From the NCBI GenBank assembly GCA_964016885.1, contig OZ024765.1, forward strand, positions 11,346,001 to 11,410,000: a DNA stretch of 64,000 nt, written 5' to 3'. Both the position numbers and the translations under genes were made by a program. The first letter of the stretch is position 1; every line of letters begins with the position of its first letter. Under the pieces are notes generated by a model. That model searched no databases. It had not been told where the DNA came from and saw only the letters and a list, made by a program, of their open reading frames with translations. Source of the stretch: Eledone cirrhosa (taxonomy: Eukaryota). This document shows positions 28,979 to 44,134 of this stretch, one piece after another.

Positions 28979-30364
28979 GAGACAAAGACTAGACAGTGAG
29001 GGGGAAGGGTAGAGAGAGAGAGGTGAATGAATATAGGGGAGGAATGGTAAGAGAGTGAGCAAGAGTGAAAGAAAGAGTGAGAAGGATGTAGGGGAGAGAG
29101 AGTGAGAGATATATACACACACATACATACATACATACATACATACACACACACATACATACATACATACACACATACATACAGCACTTACGAAGGGTGA
29201 GGAACCGGCATATGAGAAGAGTTACCTTGTGGGCCTTTATTTCGGTTCTTTGATCTCAAATTCCACGAAGGTCAACATTTGGGAGTAGGTACAGGAGGGG
29301 GTGTGATAAAATAGGTGACCGGTGTAGTGGGCTGAGATGGCAGACCTTAGATTAGATACTTTGTGGATACTGGGATATTTTTAAACATGCTGACACATGT
29401 TTGCATAAGAGAAACCCTATAGTCTATGTAGATTACTGACGAGTGGAAGTTTTTAAAGACAAGAATGATAATTTAATGAATACTAGATTTTTTTCAATAC
29501 GCTGACGCATATGTGTAAATGTGTGCGAGTGTGTGTATGTGCATATGCATACATTCATATGTATGAGTGTATAAATATAAACGTGCAAACACAGACACAC
29601 TTACAAAAATACATACTCACAGATATACATTCACTCACACAAATACACACACACATACATTCACACAAACACACACATACCTTCACAAGAAACATACATT
29701 CACACAAACACACATATACATTCACACAAACACATATATTCACACGAACACACACAGACATACATTCACACAAACAAACACACACAGACATACATTCACA
29801 CAAACAAACACACACAGACATACATTCACACAAACACACACAGACATACATTCACACAAACAAACACACACAGACATACATTCACACAAACACACACAGA
29901 CATACATTCACACAAACACACACAGACATACATTCACACAAACACACACAGACATACATTCACACAAACAAACACACACAGACATACATTCACACAAACA
30001 CACACAGACATACATTCACACAAACACACACAGACATACATTCACACAAACACATACATACCCACACAAACATACATTCACACAAACATACACATACATA
30101 CCTTCACACAAACACACACAGGCACATGCGTTTACACAAACACACACATACACTCACACACACAGTGTAGCAAACGAAACACCAGCCGCTGTTTTGCTAT
30201 TGTTTTTTCACCATCCCCTTCCCTCCTTTTACACACACACATTCACACAAACACACACACAGATTGTGTGACAGATGGACGGAAGTCACTCAAATTTATA
30301 TATATATAGAGATTTGTTTAGCTCTTTGCACTCTAAAATGGTGAGAAAACTTCAATATGCAATA

Positions 30365-30583
30365 AACTGGACAGATTTTACGGGCGAAACCAACAGTTAG
30401 GAGACCCAGGGTAGACCCCGAGCAAGATGGTTGGATAACATCCATGAGCTTGGCTGGTCATGCTTGGGGATCCAGTCGGATCAGTTGGAGACAGTTGCTT
30501 CTGACAGGACCCACTGTAGGGAGTGTTTGAGGACTCTACCCCCACGATCTTCTCAGGGATAAGTGGGCGGCGAAGAAGAAGAT
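30365..30583 (+). mobile_element. RTE family 1 3' end inserted into a dispersed repeat (30335-30825)
   Basis: RRPRGRPRARWLDNIHELGW..; (GAA)n tail; flanks match 48990-49250 contiguously. Confidence 0.75.
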
Positions 30584-30824
30584 GTACATAAATTGTAGCG
30601 CATATACAAATAGATGTGTGTTTTGGTAGTTTTGGGAGAAAAATATAATTATTGGAAGGGTCATGGCTTCCTTGGTCCCCAAGTCACACCTCACCCCCGT
30701 CTCCCCACACACACACCCGGTACTCTGAGACCGAAGTAGACCAGCAGTACCGTCTACGGGGGTAGAAATTGTGTACGTTCATTACAATGGCCGATGACCA
30801 CAGAATTTGTAATTGTTACGTATT

Positions 30825-31170
30825 TAATCCTGCCGAGATTAACTTTGCCCTCCACCCATATGAGGTCGATAAAATAAAGTACCAGTAACGCACTGGAGTC
30901 GACTTAATCAACTTTCCTCTCCCCAAAAATTGTTGGACTTGTGCCTAAATCTGAAACCACGAGTTCAAATCCCGCCGAGGTTAACTTTGCCTTTCATCCT
31001 TACGGGGTCGATAAAATAAAGTACCAGTAATGAACTGGGATAATTGCTGGCCTTGTGCCATAAAGTACCAGTAATGCACTGGGATAATTGCTGGCCTTGT
31101 GCCATAAAGTACCAGTAATACACTGGGATAATTGCTGGCCTTATGCCAAAAAGTAGAAACAATTATTATA
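30825..31170 (+). mobile_element. Nin-like SINE copies with triplicated tail
   Basis: Shared SINE motif; taaagtaccagtaat..ccttgtgcca present three times. Confidence 0.8.
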
Positions 31171-31679
31171 GTCAAGATAGCAACGAATTGGCAGTAATCG
31201 GTAATGCTTTGCGGCATAGAGTTACCGCCCTTTACGTTCAGTTCCACCACCCCACTGCTTGGAATATTGTTGCAAACACCTGTTGTAACAATTTCTATCG
31301 GACACTCTACCGATTCTGACAATCGAAATATATAATAACCGGCATAGAACGAAGATAAATAAATAAAATAAAATGAAATGAAATAAATTGAAGCAGTTTT
31401 ATTAACACCTGTTCAGGTGTAGTGTTATTACAGACTCAGTGCTGAATTTTCAGGTATATCATTTTTACATACTGCTGTGTATATGTCACTAACACACTCA
31501 CACACAGAGTATAGAACACACTCACACACACCACTACACACACGTTCGTGTGTACGTGTGTTCGTGTGTGTGTGTGTGTATGTGTGTGTATGTGTGTGTG
31601 TGTGTATGTGTGTGTATGTGTGTATGTGTGTGTGTGTGTGTGTGTATGTGTGTGTGTATGTGTGTATGTGTGCATAAAA

Positions 31680-33570
31680 CAACACAACACAACACTACAA
31701 CACCAACTACAACACCAACAACAAAACAATACCATCAGCAACACCAACAACACCAACACCACAACAACACACCACCAACACCACAACACCACACCACCAC
31801 CAGTACCACCTCACGCTACACCACCACAACCACCACCACCACCTCACACTACACCACCACCACCACCACCTCACGCTACACCACCACCACCACCACCTCA
31901 CACTACACCACCACCACCTCACAGTACACCACCACCACCTCACACTACACCACCACCACCACCACCACCACCTCACTACACCACCACCACCTCACACTAC
32001 ACCACCACCACCACCTCACACTACACCACCACCACCACCACCACCTCACGCTACACCACCACCACCACCACCTCACACCACACCACCACCACCACCACCT
32101 CACACTACACCACCACCACCACCACCACCACCTCACACTACACCACCACCACCTCACACTACACCACCACCACCACACACACTACCCTCACAACCCAAAC
32201 GGAAGGTAATATTTCAACATGGTGACACTAGATGCTAGAAATAGCAGCCAGTTCATGCCACACAACCTTCTGTCCTATTTACTTGAGAAGGACATAGAGA
32301 ACAGTCCTAGATTACGTTACATCTGTGACTATCTTTCTATTACATGTGGTTTATATTGTTGGTGGTGGTGGTGGTGGTGTGGTGGTGGTGCTGTGGTGGT
32401 GTGGTGGTGGTGGTAGTGGTGGTGGTGTGGTGGTGGTGGTGGTGTGGTGGTGGTGGTGGTGTGGTGGTGGTGTGGTGGTGGTGTGGTGGTGGTAGTGGTG
32501 GTGGTGGATGGCGCTGGTGTTGTGGTGGTGTTGTTGTTGTTGTGGTGGTGGTGGTGTGGTGGTGTAGGTGGTGGATGGCGATGGTGTGGTGGTGTTGTTG
32601 TGGTGGTGGTAGTCTTGGTAGTGGTGTGCTGTTGTTGTTGTTGGTGGAGGTGGTGGTGTGTATGTGTATTGTCGTTGTTGGTGGTGGTGGTGTTGGTATG
32701 TTGTTATTGGTGGTGGTGTGTATTTGTGGTGTGGTGTGAGAAAATCAATGGCATGGCCATGGGTGGAGAACTCAGCCATTAGTAAACCACCACCACCACC
32801 ACCACCAGCACCAACACCAGCAACAACACCACCACCAACAACTCCACCACCAACACCACCAACAACACCACCACCAACAACACCACCACCAACACCACCA
32901 ACAACACCACCACCAACAACACCACCACCAACACCACCAACATCAACACCAACACCACCACCACAAGCACCACCAACACCACCACCACTACCACCAACAC
33001 CAACACCACCACCACTACCACCAACACCAACACCACCAACACCAACACCAACACCACCACCACCACCAACAACAACAACACCAACACCACTACCACCAAC
33101 ACCACCACCAACACCAACACCACCACCACCAACAACACCAACACCACCACCACCAACACCACCACCACCACCAACACCAACACCACCACCACCAACACCA
33201 CCAACACCACCACCACAAGCACCACCACCAACACCAACACCAACACCACCACCACCAACAACACCAACACCACCACCACCAACACCACCAACACCACCAC
33301 CACCAACACCACCACCACAAGCACCACCACCACAACCACCACCACCAACACCACCACCACAAGCACCACCAACACCACCACCAACACCACCAACACCAAC
33401 ACCACCACCACCAACAACACCAACACCACCAACACCACCACCACCAACACCACCACCACCAGCACCAACACCACCACCACCACCACCACCACCAACACCA
33501 CCACCACCAGCACCACCACCAACACCACCACCAACACCACCAACACCACCACCAACACCACCACCACCAC
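31680..33570. repeat. (CAC)n/(GGT)n/(CCA)n microsatellite blocks
   Basis: Directly visible. Confidence 0.9.
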
Positions 33571-34101
33571 ATCATATATAAATCATAAGCTTTGTTCTCG
33601 TTGTTGTTGTTGATGTTGTTTGACCTCTGTCATTCCCAACAATTAGTGTTCTATCCAGTTGATTCAATCAACAGAGCTGTCTGCTCGTGAAATTATTGTA
33701 TAAGTGACTGATCACTGCACAGACACGTGTACCCCAGTGCCAGACTTTCACATGCTGAGAGCCCAAGTTATACGAAATTTGAGGCCAACTCTAGAAAAAT
33801 ATAATTATTTTTTGTATTAAAGTTAATGGTAATGAATGAATGTATATATATATATGTATGTATGTATATATATATATATATGTCTGTATATATGTATATA
33901 TATGTATGTATATATGTATATATATGTATATATATATGTATGTATGTATATATATATATATGTCTGTATATATGTGTATGTATATATGTATATATATGTA
34001 TGTATATATATATATGTATGTATATATATATATATGTATGTATATATATATATATGTATGTATATATATATATATGTATGTATATATATATGTATGTATA
34101 T

Positions 34102-34132
<31 letters not shown>

Positions 34133-34140
34133 TATATGTA

Positions 34141-34219
<79 letters not shown>

Positions 34220-34220
34220 G

Positions 34221-34252
<32 letters not shown>

Positions 34253-34302
34253 CATATATGTATATATATACATATATATATATACATATATATATATACA
34301 TG

Positions 34303-34337
<35 letters not shown>

Positions 34338-34338
<1 letters not shown>

Positions 34339-34542
34339 CGTAGGTCCCGGGTTGAGTCGAGGATAACCACAGTAAGTAGGGTACTCAATACATGGCAGAG
34401 TAAAAAATTTTTATTTTATAGAAGGAGCTTCTATAAAAGATTTTATTTTATAAAAGATTTTATTTTATAAAAGATTTTAAATTCTGAAGATTTCATCTGA
34501 ATGAAACAGTACTAGTCCTGTAGAAGCTCCTTCTATAAAATA

Positions 34543-34545
<3 letters not shown>
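34338..34545 (-). mobile_element. PLE-like element, family C; hammerhead core at 34484-34523 (+)
   Basis: CTGAAGA t ttc-atct-gaa t GAAAC agtactagtc; near-identical to 60709-60868. Confidence 0.75.
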
Positions 34546-34613
<68 letters not shown>

Positions 34614-34624
34614 GTATATATATA

Positions 34625-34840
34625 TAGGAACAAGTATGACCCCTACTGGTGATGTGTTGGTGTAAATGGTAGCACAGTGGTCCGGATAACCAAAGATGTG
34701 GGTTCGACTCCCATGTACGTCAATACTCATCTTTTTAATATTGGGGTCATACTTGTTCCTATTACCCACTCTACTATCTTAAGTATTGAGTACTTTGGTG
34801 TGTTATGGTCCATCTGGTTCCTTACCACATTTCCTTCGTT
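34625..34840 (+). mobile_element. Family B PLE-like element carrying a tRNA-like insert
   Basis: taggaacaagtatgacccc / ggggtcatacttgttccta inverted arms and family B tail. Confidence 0.8.
34651..34722 (+). tRNA. tRNA-like 72-nt cloverleaf (pseudo-tRNA; non-canonical anticodon loop CCGGATA)
   Basis: All four arms pair; A box tggtgtaaatgg, B box ggttcgactcc; TTTTT at 34732-34736. Confidence 0.7.
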
Positions 34841-34854
34841 ATATATATATATAT

Positions 34855-35480
34855 ATCATCATCATCATCATCATCGTTTAACGTCCGTGTTCCACGCTTG
34901 CATGGGTTTGGACGGGGGTAGTCCCACTTGAGGCAAGAGTGGTTGTCTTGCTCGCATAGGACTGTCTGGCGGGTTTTCTACAGTTGGATGCCCTTCCTAA
35001 CACCAACCACATTTACAGTGTGGGGCTGGGAGGTTTTTACCGTGTTGCCTACATGGCCACATTACAGCGTGGACTGTCTGGCGGGTTTTCTACAGCTGGA
35101 TGCCCTTCCTAACACCAACCACATTTACAGTGTGGGGCTGGGAGGTTTTTACTGTGTTGCCTACACGGCCACATTACAGCGTGGACTGTCTGGCGGGTTT
35201 TCTACAGCTGGATGCCCTTCCTAACACCAACCACATTTACAGTGTGGGGCTGGGAGGTTTTTACCGTGTTGCCTACATGGCCACATTACAGCGTGGACTG
35301 TCTGGCGGGTTTTCTACAGCTGGATGCCCTTCCTAACACCAACCACATTTACAGTGTGGGGCTGGGAGGTTTTTACAGTGTGGGGCTGGGAGGTTTTTAC
35401 CGTGTTGCCTAAACGGCCACATTACAGCGTGGACTGTGTGTTTTTTTTTTGTCGTGACACCTACACGATCTCATTTGTTT
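34855..35480 (-). mobile_element. RTE-tailed SINE-like element with a 112-bp internal tandem array
   Basis: ggatgcccttcctaacaccaacc motif, (CAT)n end; single-unit copy at 62917-63198. Confidence 0.75.
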
Positions 35481-35814
35481 CGGCCTGGATTTTGTGGCAC
35501 CAACATAACTTTACATTGAAAGGGGCGGTGTGGATGGGGTGGGGGTGGTGGGACGGGGGTGTATTTTGTTAGAGATGCCTACTGACTGTAGTAGTTTTTA
35601 TATATATATATCATCATCATTTAATGTCCATCTTCCAGGCTAGCATGGGTTGGATGGGTTTGGTCGGGAGACCGTGAATTGCCCGTACAGAACTATTTCT
35701 GGCAGGTTTTCTACACGTGGCAGGTTGACAGTGTGGACTGGGAGCCTTTTTACTGTGTCTGCTACACGACCACTTTAAAGAATGTTCAGTGAAAACATCC
35801 ACCCATTAGAGGAA

Positions 35815-36232
35815 AAGTATTTTATCATGACACCAGCACTACCACTTTACAGAGTGTACTGGGTGTATTTTATCATGACACCAGCACTACCACTTTACAG
35901 AGTGGACTGGGTGTATTTTATCATGACACCAGCACTACCACTTTACAGAGTGTACTGGGTATATTTTATCATGACACCAGCACTTCCACTTTACAGAGTG
36001 TACTGGGAATATTTTATCATGACACCAGCACTACCACTTTACAGAGTGTACTGGGTGTATTTTATCATGACACCAGCACTACCACTTTACAGAGTGTACT
36101 GGGTGTATTTTATCATGACACCAGCACTACCACTTTACAGAGTGTACTGGGTGTATTTTATCATGACACCAGCACTACCACTTTACAGAGTGGACTGGGT
36201 GTATTTTATCATGACACCAGCACTACCACTTT
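35815..36232. repeat. 42-bp tandem array (~10 copies)
   Basis: Same unit recurs at 54750-55090. Confidence 0.9.
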
Positions 36233-36494
36233 AGAAGCACCATATTGACATACAGGGTTTCAAGGGCATTTTTTAAAAAGCCTGGCGGAGCCCATCCCTC
36301 TCCAGGTCTGAGTACAGTAGAGATATAGAGGAACAGAAAGAGATATAGAGGAAGAATTGACCTCGAAAGGATGAAAGGCAAAGTTGACCTCGGCGGGATT
36401 TGAACTGAGAGAGCAGTGAGCCAGAACAAATACCACAAGGCATTCTATCCGGATATGTTATGGCTGGATAGAAATGAAGCAAGCATGCTCCGTT

Positions 36495-38112
36495 AGCAGT
36501 GCAATGTCAACGTGCGTGAACGACCAAGCATGGACGAGTTGAGAGAGAAACTGTGTATAAGAGGGATAAGTTGTGGTGTGCGGGAGAGAAGACTGAGATG
36601 GTATGGACATGTGATGAGTTGAGAGAGAAACTGTGTATAAGAGGGATAAGTTGTAGTGTGTGGGAGAGAAGGCTGAGATGGTATGGACATGTGATGAGTT
36701 GAGAGAGAAACTGTGTATAAGAGGGATAAGTTGTAGTGTGTGGGAGAGAAGGCTGAGATGGTATGGACATGTGATGAGTTGAGAGAGAAACTGTGTATAA
36801 GAGGGATAAGTTGTGGTGTGCGGGAGAGAAGACTGAGATGGTATGGACATGTGATGAGTTGAGAGAGAAACTGTGTATAAGAGGGATAAGTTGTAGTGTG
36901 TGGGAGAGAAGGCTGAGATGGTATGGACATGTGATGAGTTGAGAGAGAAACTGTGTATAAGAGGGATAAGTTGTAGTGTGTGGGAGAGAAGGCTGAGATG
37001 GTATGGACATGTGATGAGTTGAGAGAGAAACTGTGTATAAGAGGGATAAGTTGTAGTGTGTGGGAGAGAAGGCTGAGATGGTATGGACATGTGATGAGTT
37101 GAGAGAGAAACTGTGTATAAGAGGGATAAGTTGTAGTGTGTGGGAGAGAAGGCTGAGATGGTATGGACATGTGATGAGTTGAGAGAGAAACTGTGTATAA
37201 GAGGGATAAGTTGTAGTGTGTGGGAGAGAAGGCTGAGATGGTATGGACATGCGATGAGTTGAGAGAGAAACTGTGTATAAGAGGGATAAGTTGTGGTGTG
37301 TGGGAGAGAAGGCTGAGATGGTATGGACATGCGATGAGTTGAGAGAGAAACTGTGTATAAGAGGGATAAGTTGTGGTGTGTGGGAGAGAAGGCTGAGATG
37401 GTATGGACATGCGATGAGTTGAGAGAGAAACTGTGTATAAGAGGGATAAGTTGTAGTGTGTGGGAGAGAAGGCTGAGATGGTATGGACATGCGATGAGTT
37501 GAGAGAGAAACTGTGTATAAGAGGGATAAGTTGTAGTGTGTGGGAGAGAAGGCTGAGATGGTATGGACATGCGATGAGTTGAGAGAGAAACTGTGTATAA
37601 GAGGGATAAGTTGTAGTGTGTGGGAGAGAAGGCTGAGATGGTATGGACATGTGATGAGTTGAGAGAGAAACTGTGTATAAGAGGGATAAGTTGTAGTGTG
37701 TGGGAGAGAAGACTGAGATGGTATGGACATGTGATGAGTTGAGAGAGAAACTGTGTATAAGAGGGATAAGTTGTAGTGTGTGGGAGAGAAGACTGAGATG
37801 GTATGGACATGTGATGAGTTGAGAAAGAAACTGTGTATAAGAGGGATAAGTTGTGGTGTGCGGGAGAGAAGACTGAGATGGTATGGACATGTGTTGTGCA
37901 TGGAGGATGACCGCTGGGTAAAGAAGTGCCAAGAAATCCCAGTAGGAGGAAGGTGCAGTAAAGGAAGACCATGAAAAACATAGGCGGAGGTGGTGAGAGC
38001 AGACCTCAGATCGCCCGACGAAGGAGCGTGACAAATGGAGAGATGCTGTGCTGAATAGGACCTGTCCCACCCTTGCAAGCAGAGAAAAGCGGACGTAAAA
38101 TGATGATGATGA
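36495..38112 (+). mobile_element. RTE family 2 3' end with an 80-bp tandem array (36536-37893, ~17 copies)
   Basis: Unit encodes LREKLCIRGISC.V.ERRLRWYGHV; unamplified copy at 63205-63563. Confidence 0.9.
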
Positions 38113-38459
38113 TATATATATATATATATATATAATTTTTTTATGATTTAGTGTTAAGAAATACAAACTAATGATGAAATAAAAGTATATTTTACAAAAT
38201 GAGGCCCCTGAGGGTGTGTGGCCCTAAGCTATAGCTTATAGGTAAGTCCAGCACTGGTGCACCCTTTATGCAGTTCTCAGGGAGATTCAGCACAGGGACA
38301 CAATGTATGACAAAAGTTGTCCCCTTGAATTACATGAGTGGACTCTGGAGTGATGTGAAATAAAGGGCTGCCTAGTCTGGGAATTGAACTCACAACCTTA
38401 TAATTGACAACATAAATACTATACAATCCACACACACGCATACAGATTAACTACATTAC

Positions 38460-38563
38460 ATACAATACACACACTAATGTAGCCACATAAAATTCAACCC
38501 ACACACATAGACACATAGTAACCCATTTACACACACACACATCACAAAGTAACCAAACCACAC

Positions 38564-38608
<45 letters not shown>

Positions 38609-38632
38609 TCACAAAGTAACCAAACCACACAC

Positions 38633-38671
<39 letters not shown>

Positions 38672-40093
38672 TCACAAAGTAACCAAACCACACATATATA
38701 TACATATATATACATATATATATACACACACATCACAAAGTAACCAAACCACACACACACACATATATATATATATATACACACACACATCACAAAGTAA
38801 CCAAATCACACATATATATACACACACACACACACATACATAGTAACACAGACACACACAGTAATCACAGACCCCCCTCACACAGACACACATATACACA
38901 TGGAGCGAGACAAAGTCGGTCGATCTGCTAGAAAGAACAGTCAAATCCCCTCCCTTGAAATCCCAACCTTACAGTTGAACACTATAAAGGACACATTGAA
39001 CAATGTAGTTGTTGTTGTTGATGATGATGACCAAAGAAGAAGGAAAAGAAAATAATAATAATAATAAGAAGAAGAAGAAGAACAACCCCCCAACACTACA
39101 TCACACACCACCACCACATAGAATACACGCAAGAGAGATGGGGGACACACCAATTCTCCGCTTTACAACACCACAACATATACACACACACTACACACAC
39201 ACCTTACAACACACACACACTATTCAAAACATATACACACACCTTACAGTACATACACACTATACCACAACACAACATATACGACACATACACACACATA
39301 CACACCACAACACATATAGACACACACACCACAACACAACCACAACACACCACAACACACATCACAGCACACCACAACACACTACAACACATATAGACAC
39401 ACACACCACAACACAACCACAACACACCACTCCACAACACACTACAACACACACACCACAACACAACCACAACACACCACAACTCACATCACAGCACACC
39501 CACAACACACCACAACACAGACACACACACCACAACACACACCACAAAACACTACAACACATATAGACACACACACCACAACACATAGACACCACCACCA
39601 CAACACACCACACATCACAGCACACACAACACACTACAACACATATAGACACACACCACAACACATAGACACACAACACCACAACACACACCACAACACA
39701 CCACACATCACAGCACACCACAACACACTACAACACATATAGACACACACACCACAACACAGACACACACACCACAACACACAACACATAGACACACACA
39801 CCACAACACACACCACAACACACCACACATCACAGCACACCACAACACACCACACATCACAGCACATATAGACACACACACCACAACACACACCACAACA
39901 CACCACAACACACCACACCACACCACACACCACACCACAACATTCAATATAAACCACATCGTCACAATTAAAATCTTTACGAGATCGCAAAATTTGCTAG
40001 AAATAACAACCAAATTTCTATTAAAGCAACAACTCGCTTTAAATATATATATGCATGCATCTCTCTCACTCTCTCTCTCTATATATGTATATA

Positions 40094-40187
<94 letters not shown>

Positions 40188-41790
40188 TGTATATATATAT
40201 GTGTGTGTGAGTGTGTGTGTGTGTGTGCGTGTACACATGTATGTATGTGTATATGTATGCATATGTATACATGCGTGTGTACGCACGTGTGTATATACAT
40301 GTGTATGAGTATGTATGTGTGTGTGTGGGTGCGTGTATATATGTGTGTGTATGTATGTGTGTGTATGTATGTGTGTGTATGTATGTGCGTGTGTATATAT
40401 ATACAAACGGCAGTGTAGTAGTCCCAACACACACATGTACGTAAATGTGCATCCACACACACATACAATCACATCCACACCACACACACACATCCACACC
40501 ACACACATCCACACCACACACACACATCAACACCACACACACCATACAACACATATCCACACATACACACACAACATATATACACACATACAACCACATA
40601 CACACCACACACATACATCCACACAGACACCACACATACACCACATATATACACATATCCACACACAACAACCACACATATCCACATCACACACCCACAT
40701 ATCCACACACACACACACACCACACACAACACACATATATACACATATCCACACACATACACACCTCACACACACCACATATACACATACAACCACCCAC
40801 ATACCACCACACACATACACACCACATATATACACACATATATACACACATATACACACCACATATATACACACATATACACACCACACACACCATACAC
40901 ACAACACATGCAACCACACACACACCACACACAACATATATACACATAACCACACAGATACAACCACACCACACACCACATATATACACATATCCACACA
41001 CATACAACAACAACACATACACACCACACACACACCACATATATACACACATATACACACCACATATATACACACATATACACACCACACACACACACAC
41101 ACCATACACACAACACATGCAAACACACACACACACCACACACAACAACGTGAATGTTACGGTCGAAAGCGTAACGAAACAAACACCTTTAATCAGAGGG
41201 TTTTCTGCTCAGCCAGAACAAGCCTGACGTGGCCTAGGGTTAAATGATTACTGCACTATACTATACTACACTGCACTATACTATACTGCACTATACTACA
41301 CTGCACTATACTATACTGCACTACACTGCACTATACTATACTACACTACACTGCACTATACTATACTGCACTATACTACACTACACCATACTATACTACA
41401 CTACATTATACTACACCATACTATACTACACTACATTATACTACACTATACACTACTACACTACACCCTACTACACTATAGTACACTACACCATACTATA
41501 CTACATTATACTACACTATACTATACCCTACTACACTATACGACACTATACCATACTACACTATACTACACTATACTATACTACACCATACCATACTACA
41601 CTATACTACACCCTACTACACTATACTACACTACACCCTACTACACCATACTACACTATACTATACTACAATACACCATACTACACTGCACTCACCATAC
41701 TACACTATACTATACTACAACATACACACACACATATATACACACACACACATATATATATATACACACACGTTTATATATATATATATA
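38460..41790. repeat. CA-rich and (CTATA/CTACA)n micro- and minisatellites
   Basis: Directly visible; small non-repeat islands inside. Confidence 0.85.
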
Positions 41791-41886
41791 TATATACTAA
41801 TTCTTTTTGTATTTCTGTAACATTTTTTTAATTACACACAGACACACATACACACAGACACACACACACATACATATATCTATATC

Positions 41887-41917
<31 letters not shown>

Positions 41918-42047
41918 CGAGAGAGAGAGAGAGGTAGATATAGATACTATAGATACATAAATATAAACACACATATATATACACATATACAGATACACAT
42001 ACATATATATATATACACACAACACCATAGTAAGGTGATGTCCATAC

Positions 42048-42151
42048 CTTTTGCAAGTCCAAAAGCAGAAGTGCTCGTTGCCAATGATGCATCGCTTATT
42101 TTCCCAGTCAATAGTTGTCTGGGCAGCGAGATCGAACATGCAGTCAGTCAG
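42048..42151 (-). CDS. Candidate coding exon LTDCMFDLAAQTTIDWENKRCIIGNEHFCFWTCK, unknown protein
   Basis: Acceptor cccttttccgatcacag, donor AAG|gtatgg; only one open frame. Confidence 0.4.
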
Positions 42152-42820
42152 CTGTGATCGGAAAAGGGTTAATACCGTCGATACCTATGCAAGGAAACCA
42201 TTCCTTCTGAGCAGTGTGTATACAATAGATAGATTGATTGGTATATAGATATATAGATATATAGATATATATATAGGAGTAGGGGAGTATAATTTAGATA
42301 TCATATATACATATATATATATATGTATGTATGTGTATATATATATATGTATGTATGTGTGTGTATATATATATATATGTATGTATGTGTATGTATGTGT
42401 ATATATATATATATGTATGTATGTATGTGTGTGTATATATATATGTATGTATGTGTGTGTATATATATATGTATGTATGTATGTATGTGTATATATATAT
42501 CTTTCTTAGGAATATATATATATATATGTATGTATGTATGTGTGTATGTATGTATGTATGTATGTATGTATGTATGTATGTTTGTATGTGTATATATATA
42601 TATATATATATATCTTTTTTAGGAATATATATATATATATTATATATATATATATATATTATATATATATATATATATATATTATTTATAAATATTATTT
42701 ATATATATATGTGTATATATATATATATATATGTATGTATTTATATATCCACATATATATGTGTGTGTCTATATACACATATATATGTGTGTATATATAT
42801 ATGTGTGTCTATATACACAT

Positions 42821-42894
<74 letters not shown>

Positions 42895-43157
42895 ATATAT
42901 ATATATGAGTGTGTCTATATATGTATATACAATCACATACGAGGAGCATGGATGTCTCTCAACTTAGTGTTTGCACGAAGCACGCCAATTTTTACAGCGG
43001 TATGTTCTCCATTTGTAACCAGATCTGTTTCCCCTTTCTTACTATCTCTCTTTGTTTCTTTCTTTCTATATCCTTCTCTTTCTCACTCCGTTTCTTTCTC
43101 TTTCTCTCTCTATATCCTTCTCTTTCTCACTTTCCGTCTCTGTCTCTCTTTGTGTGT

Positions 43158-43188
<31 letters not shown>

Positions 43189-43193
43189 AGTGT

Positions 43194-43232
<39 letters not shown>

Positions 43233-43237
43233 TGTGT

Positions 43238-43268
<31 letters not shown>

Positions 43269-43303
43269 AGTGTGTGTGTGTCTGTGTCTGTGAGTGTGTG
43301 TGT

Positions 43304-43367
<64 letters not shown>

Positions 43368-43542
43368 TTGTGTGTCTCGTAATCACACCTCTCCTCTTCT
43401 CTTCTCAATCTTTCCTTCTCTCTAACTCTCTTTCTTTTTCGGTCCACTTTAACAAACCAGCCTCTCTCTCTCTCTCTTTTTCCGTCTCCCTCTCTCTATC
43501 ATTTTATTGTGTGTGTATGGATGTGCGTGTATGAATGTAAGT

Positions 43543-43599
<57 letters not shown>

Positions 43600-44075
43600 T
43601 CGTAATCCCCCCCCCCTGTTCTCTCTCTCTAACGAACCAGCCACCTCACCTACCCCACACTCCATTCCAAGCCTTTAATCTTATCCATCTATCTATTCAT
43701 TCTTTCATCTATCTATCTAAAGAGAAAGCTTTATAGAGACAGAGTCCGTTCTTTCCATGCTATCTAGTTATCTGTCTGTCTGTCTCTCTCTCTCTCTATA
43801 TATATATATCTATCTCCATCTATCTATCTAAAGACTAAGCTCTCTCTCTATCCATCTAAAGAGAAAGCTCTCTCTCTTTCTCTGTTGTATATGGAGACAG
43901 AAAGTCCGTTCTTTCCATGCTATCTAGTTATCTGTCTATCTCTCTCTCTATATATATATATCTCCTCTATCTATCTAAAGACTAAGCTCTCTCTCTCTCT
44001 CTATCCATCTAAAGAGAACGCTCTCTCTCTCTGTTGTATATGGAGACAGAAAGTCCGTTCTTTCCATGCTATCTA

Positions 44076-44134
<59 letters not shown>

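Larger units (their letters stand above)
33735..38256. mobile_element. Non-autonomous hAT-like element inflated by nested insertions
   Basis: TIRs cagtgccagactt / aagtccagcactg; 8-bp TSD gtgtaccc / gtgcaccc; splits a SINE tail. Confidence 0.65.

Noticed and set aside
29191-29400. Minus-strand exon with a gtaagt donor
   Set aside because: All frames closed; contains degenerate SINE motifs
32658-33581. Extensin/mucin-like Pro-Thr ORF
   Set aside because: (CCA/ACA)n microsatellite; open in several frames on both strands; no splice signals
34651-34722. Functional tRNA-Ser(GGA)
   Set aside because: C33 and T37 are non-canonical, there is no long variable arm, and the acceptor stem has several G-U pairs
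36458-38166. Three ORFs longer than 500 aa
   Set aside because: Antisense of the 80-bp RTE-derived array
39940-40040. Possible exon
   Set aside because: Contains the gctagaaata.ca.ccaaat motif also at 32232 and 38927, probably a SINE tail
42941-43025. Possible exon [28 protein letters not shown]
   Set aside because: Purine-rich poor acceptor; phase incompatible with neighbouring candidates
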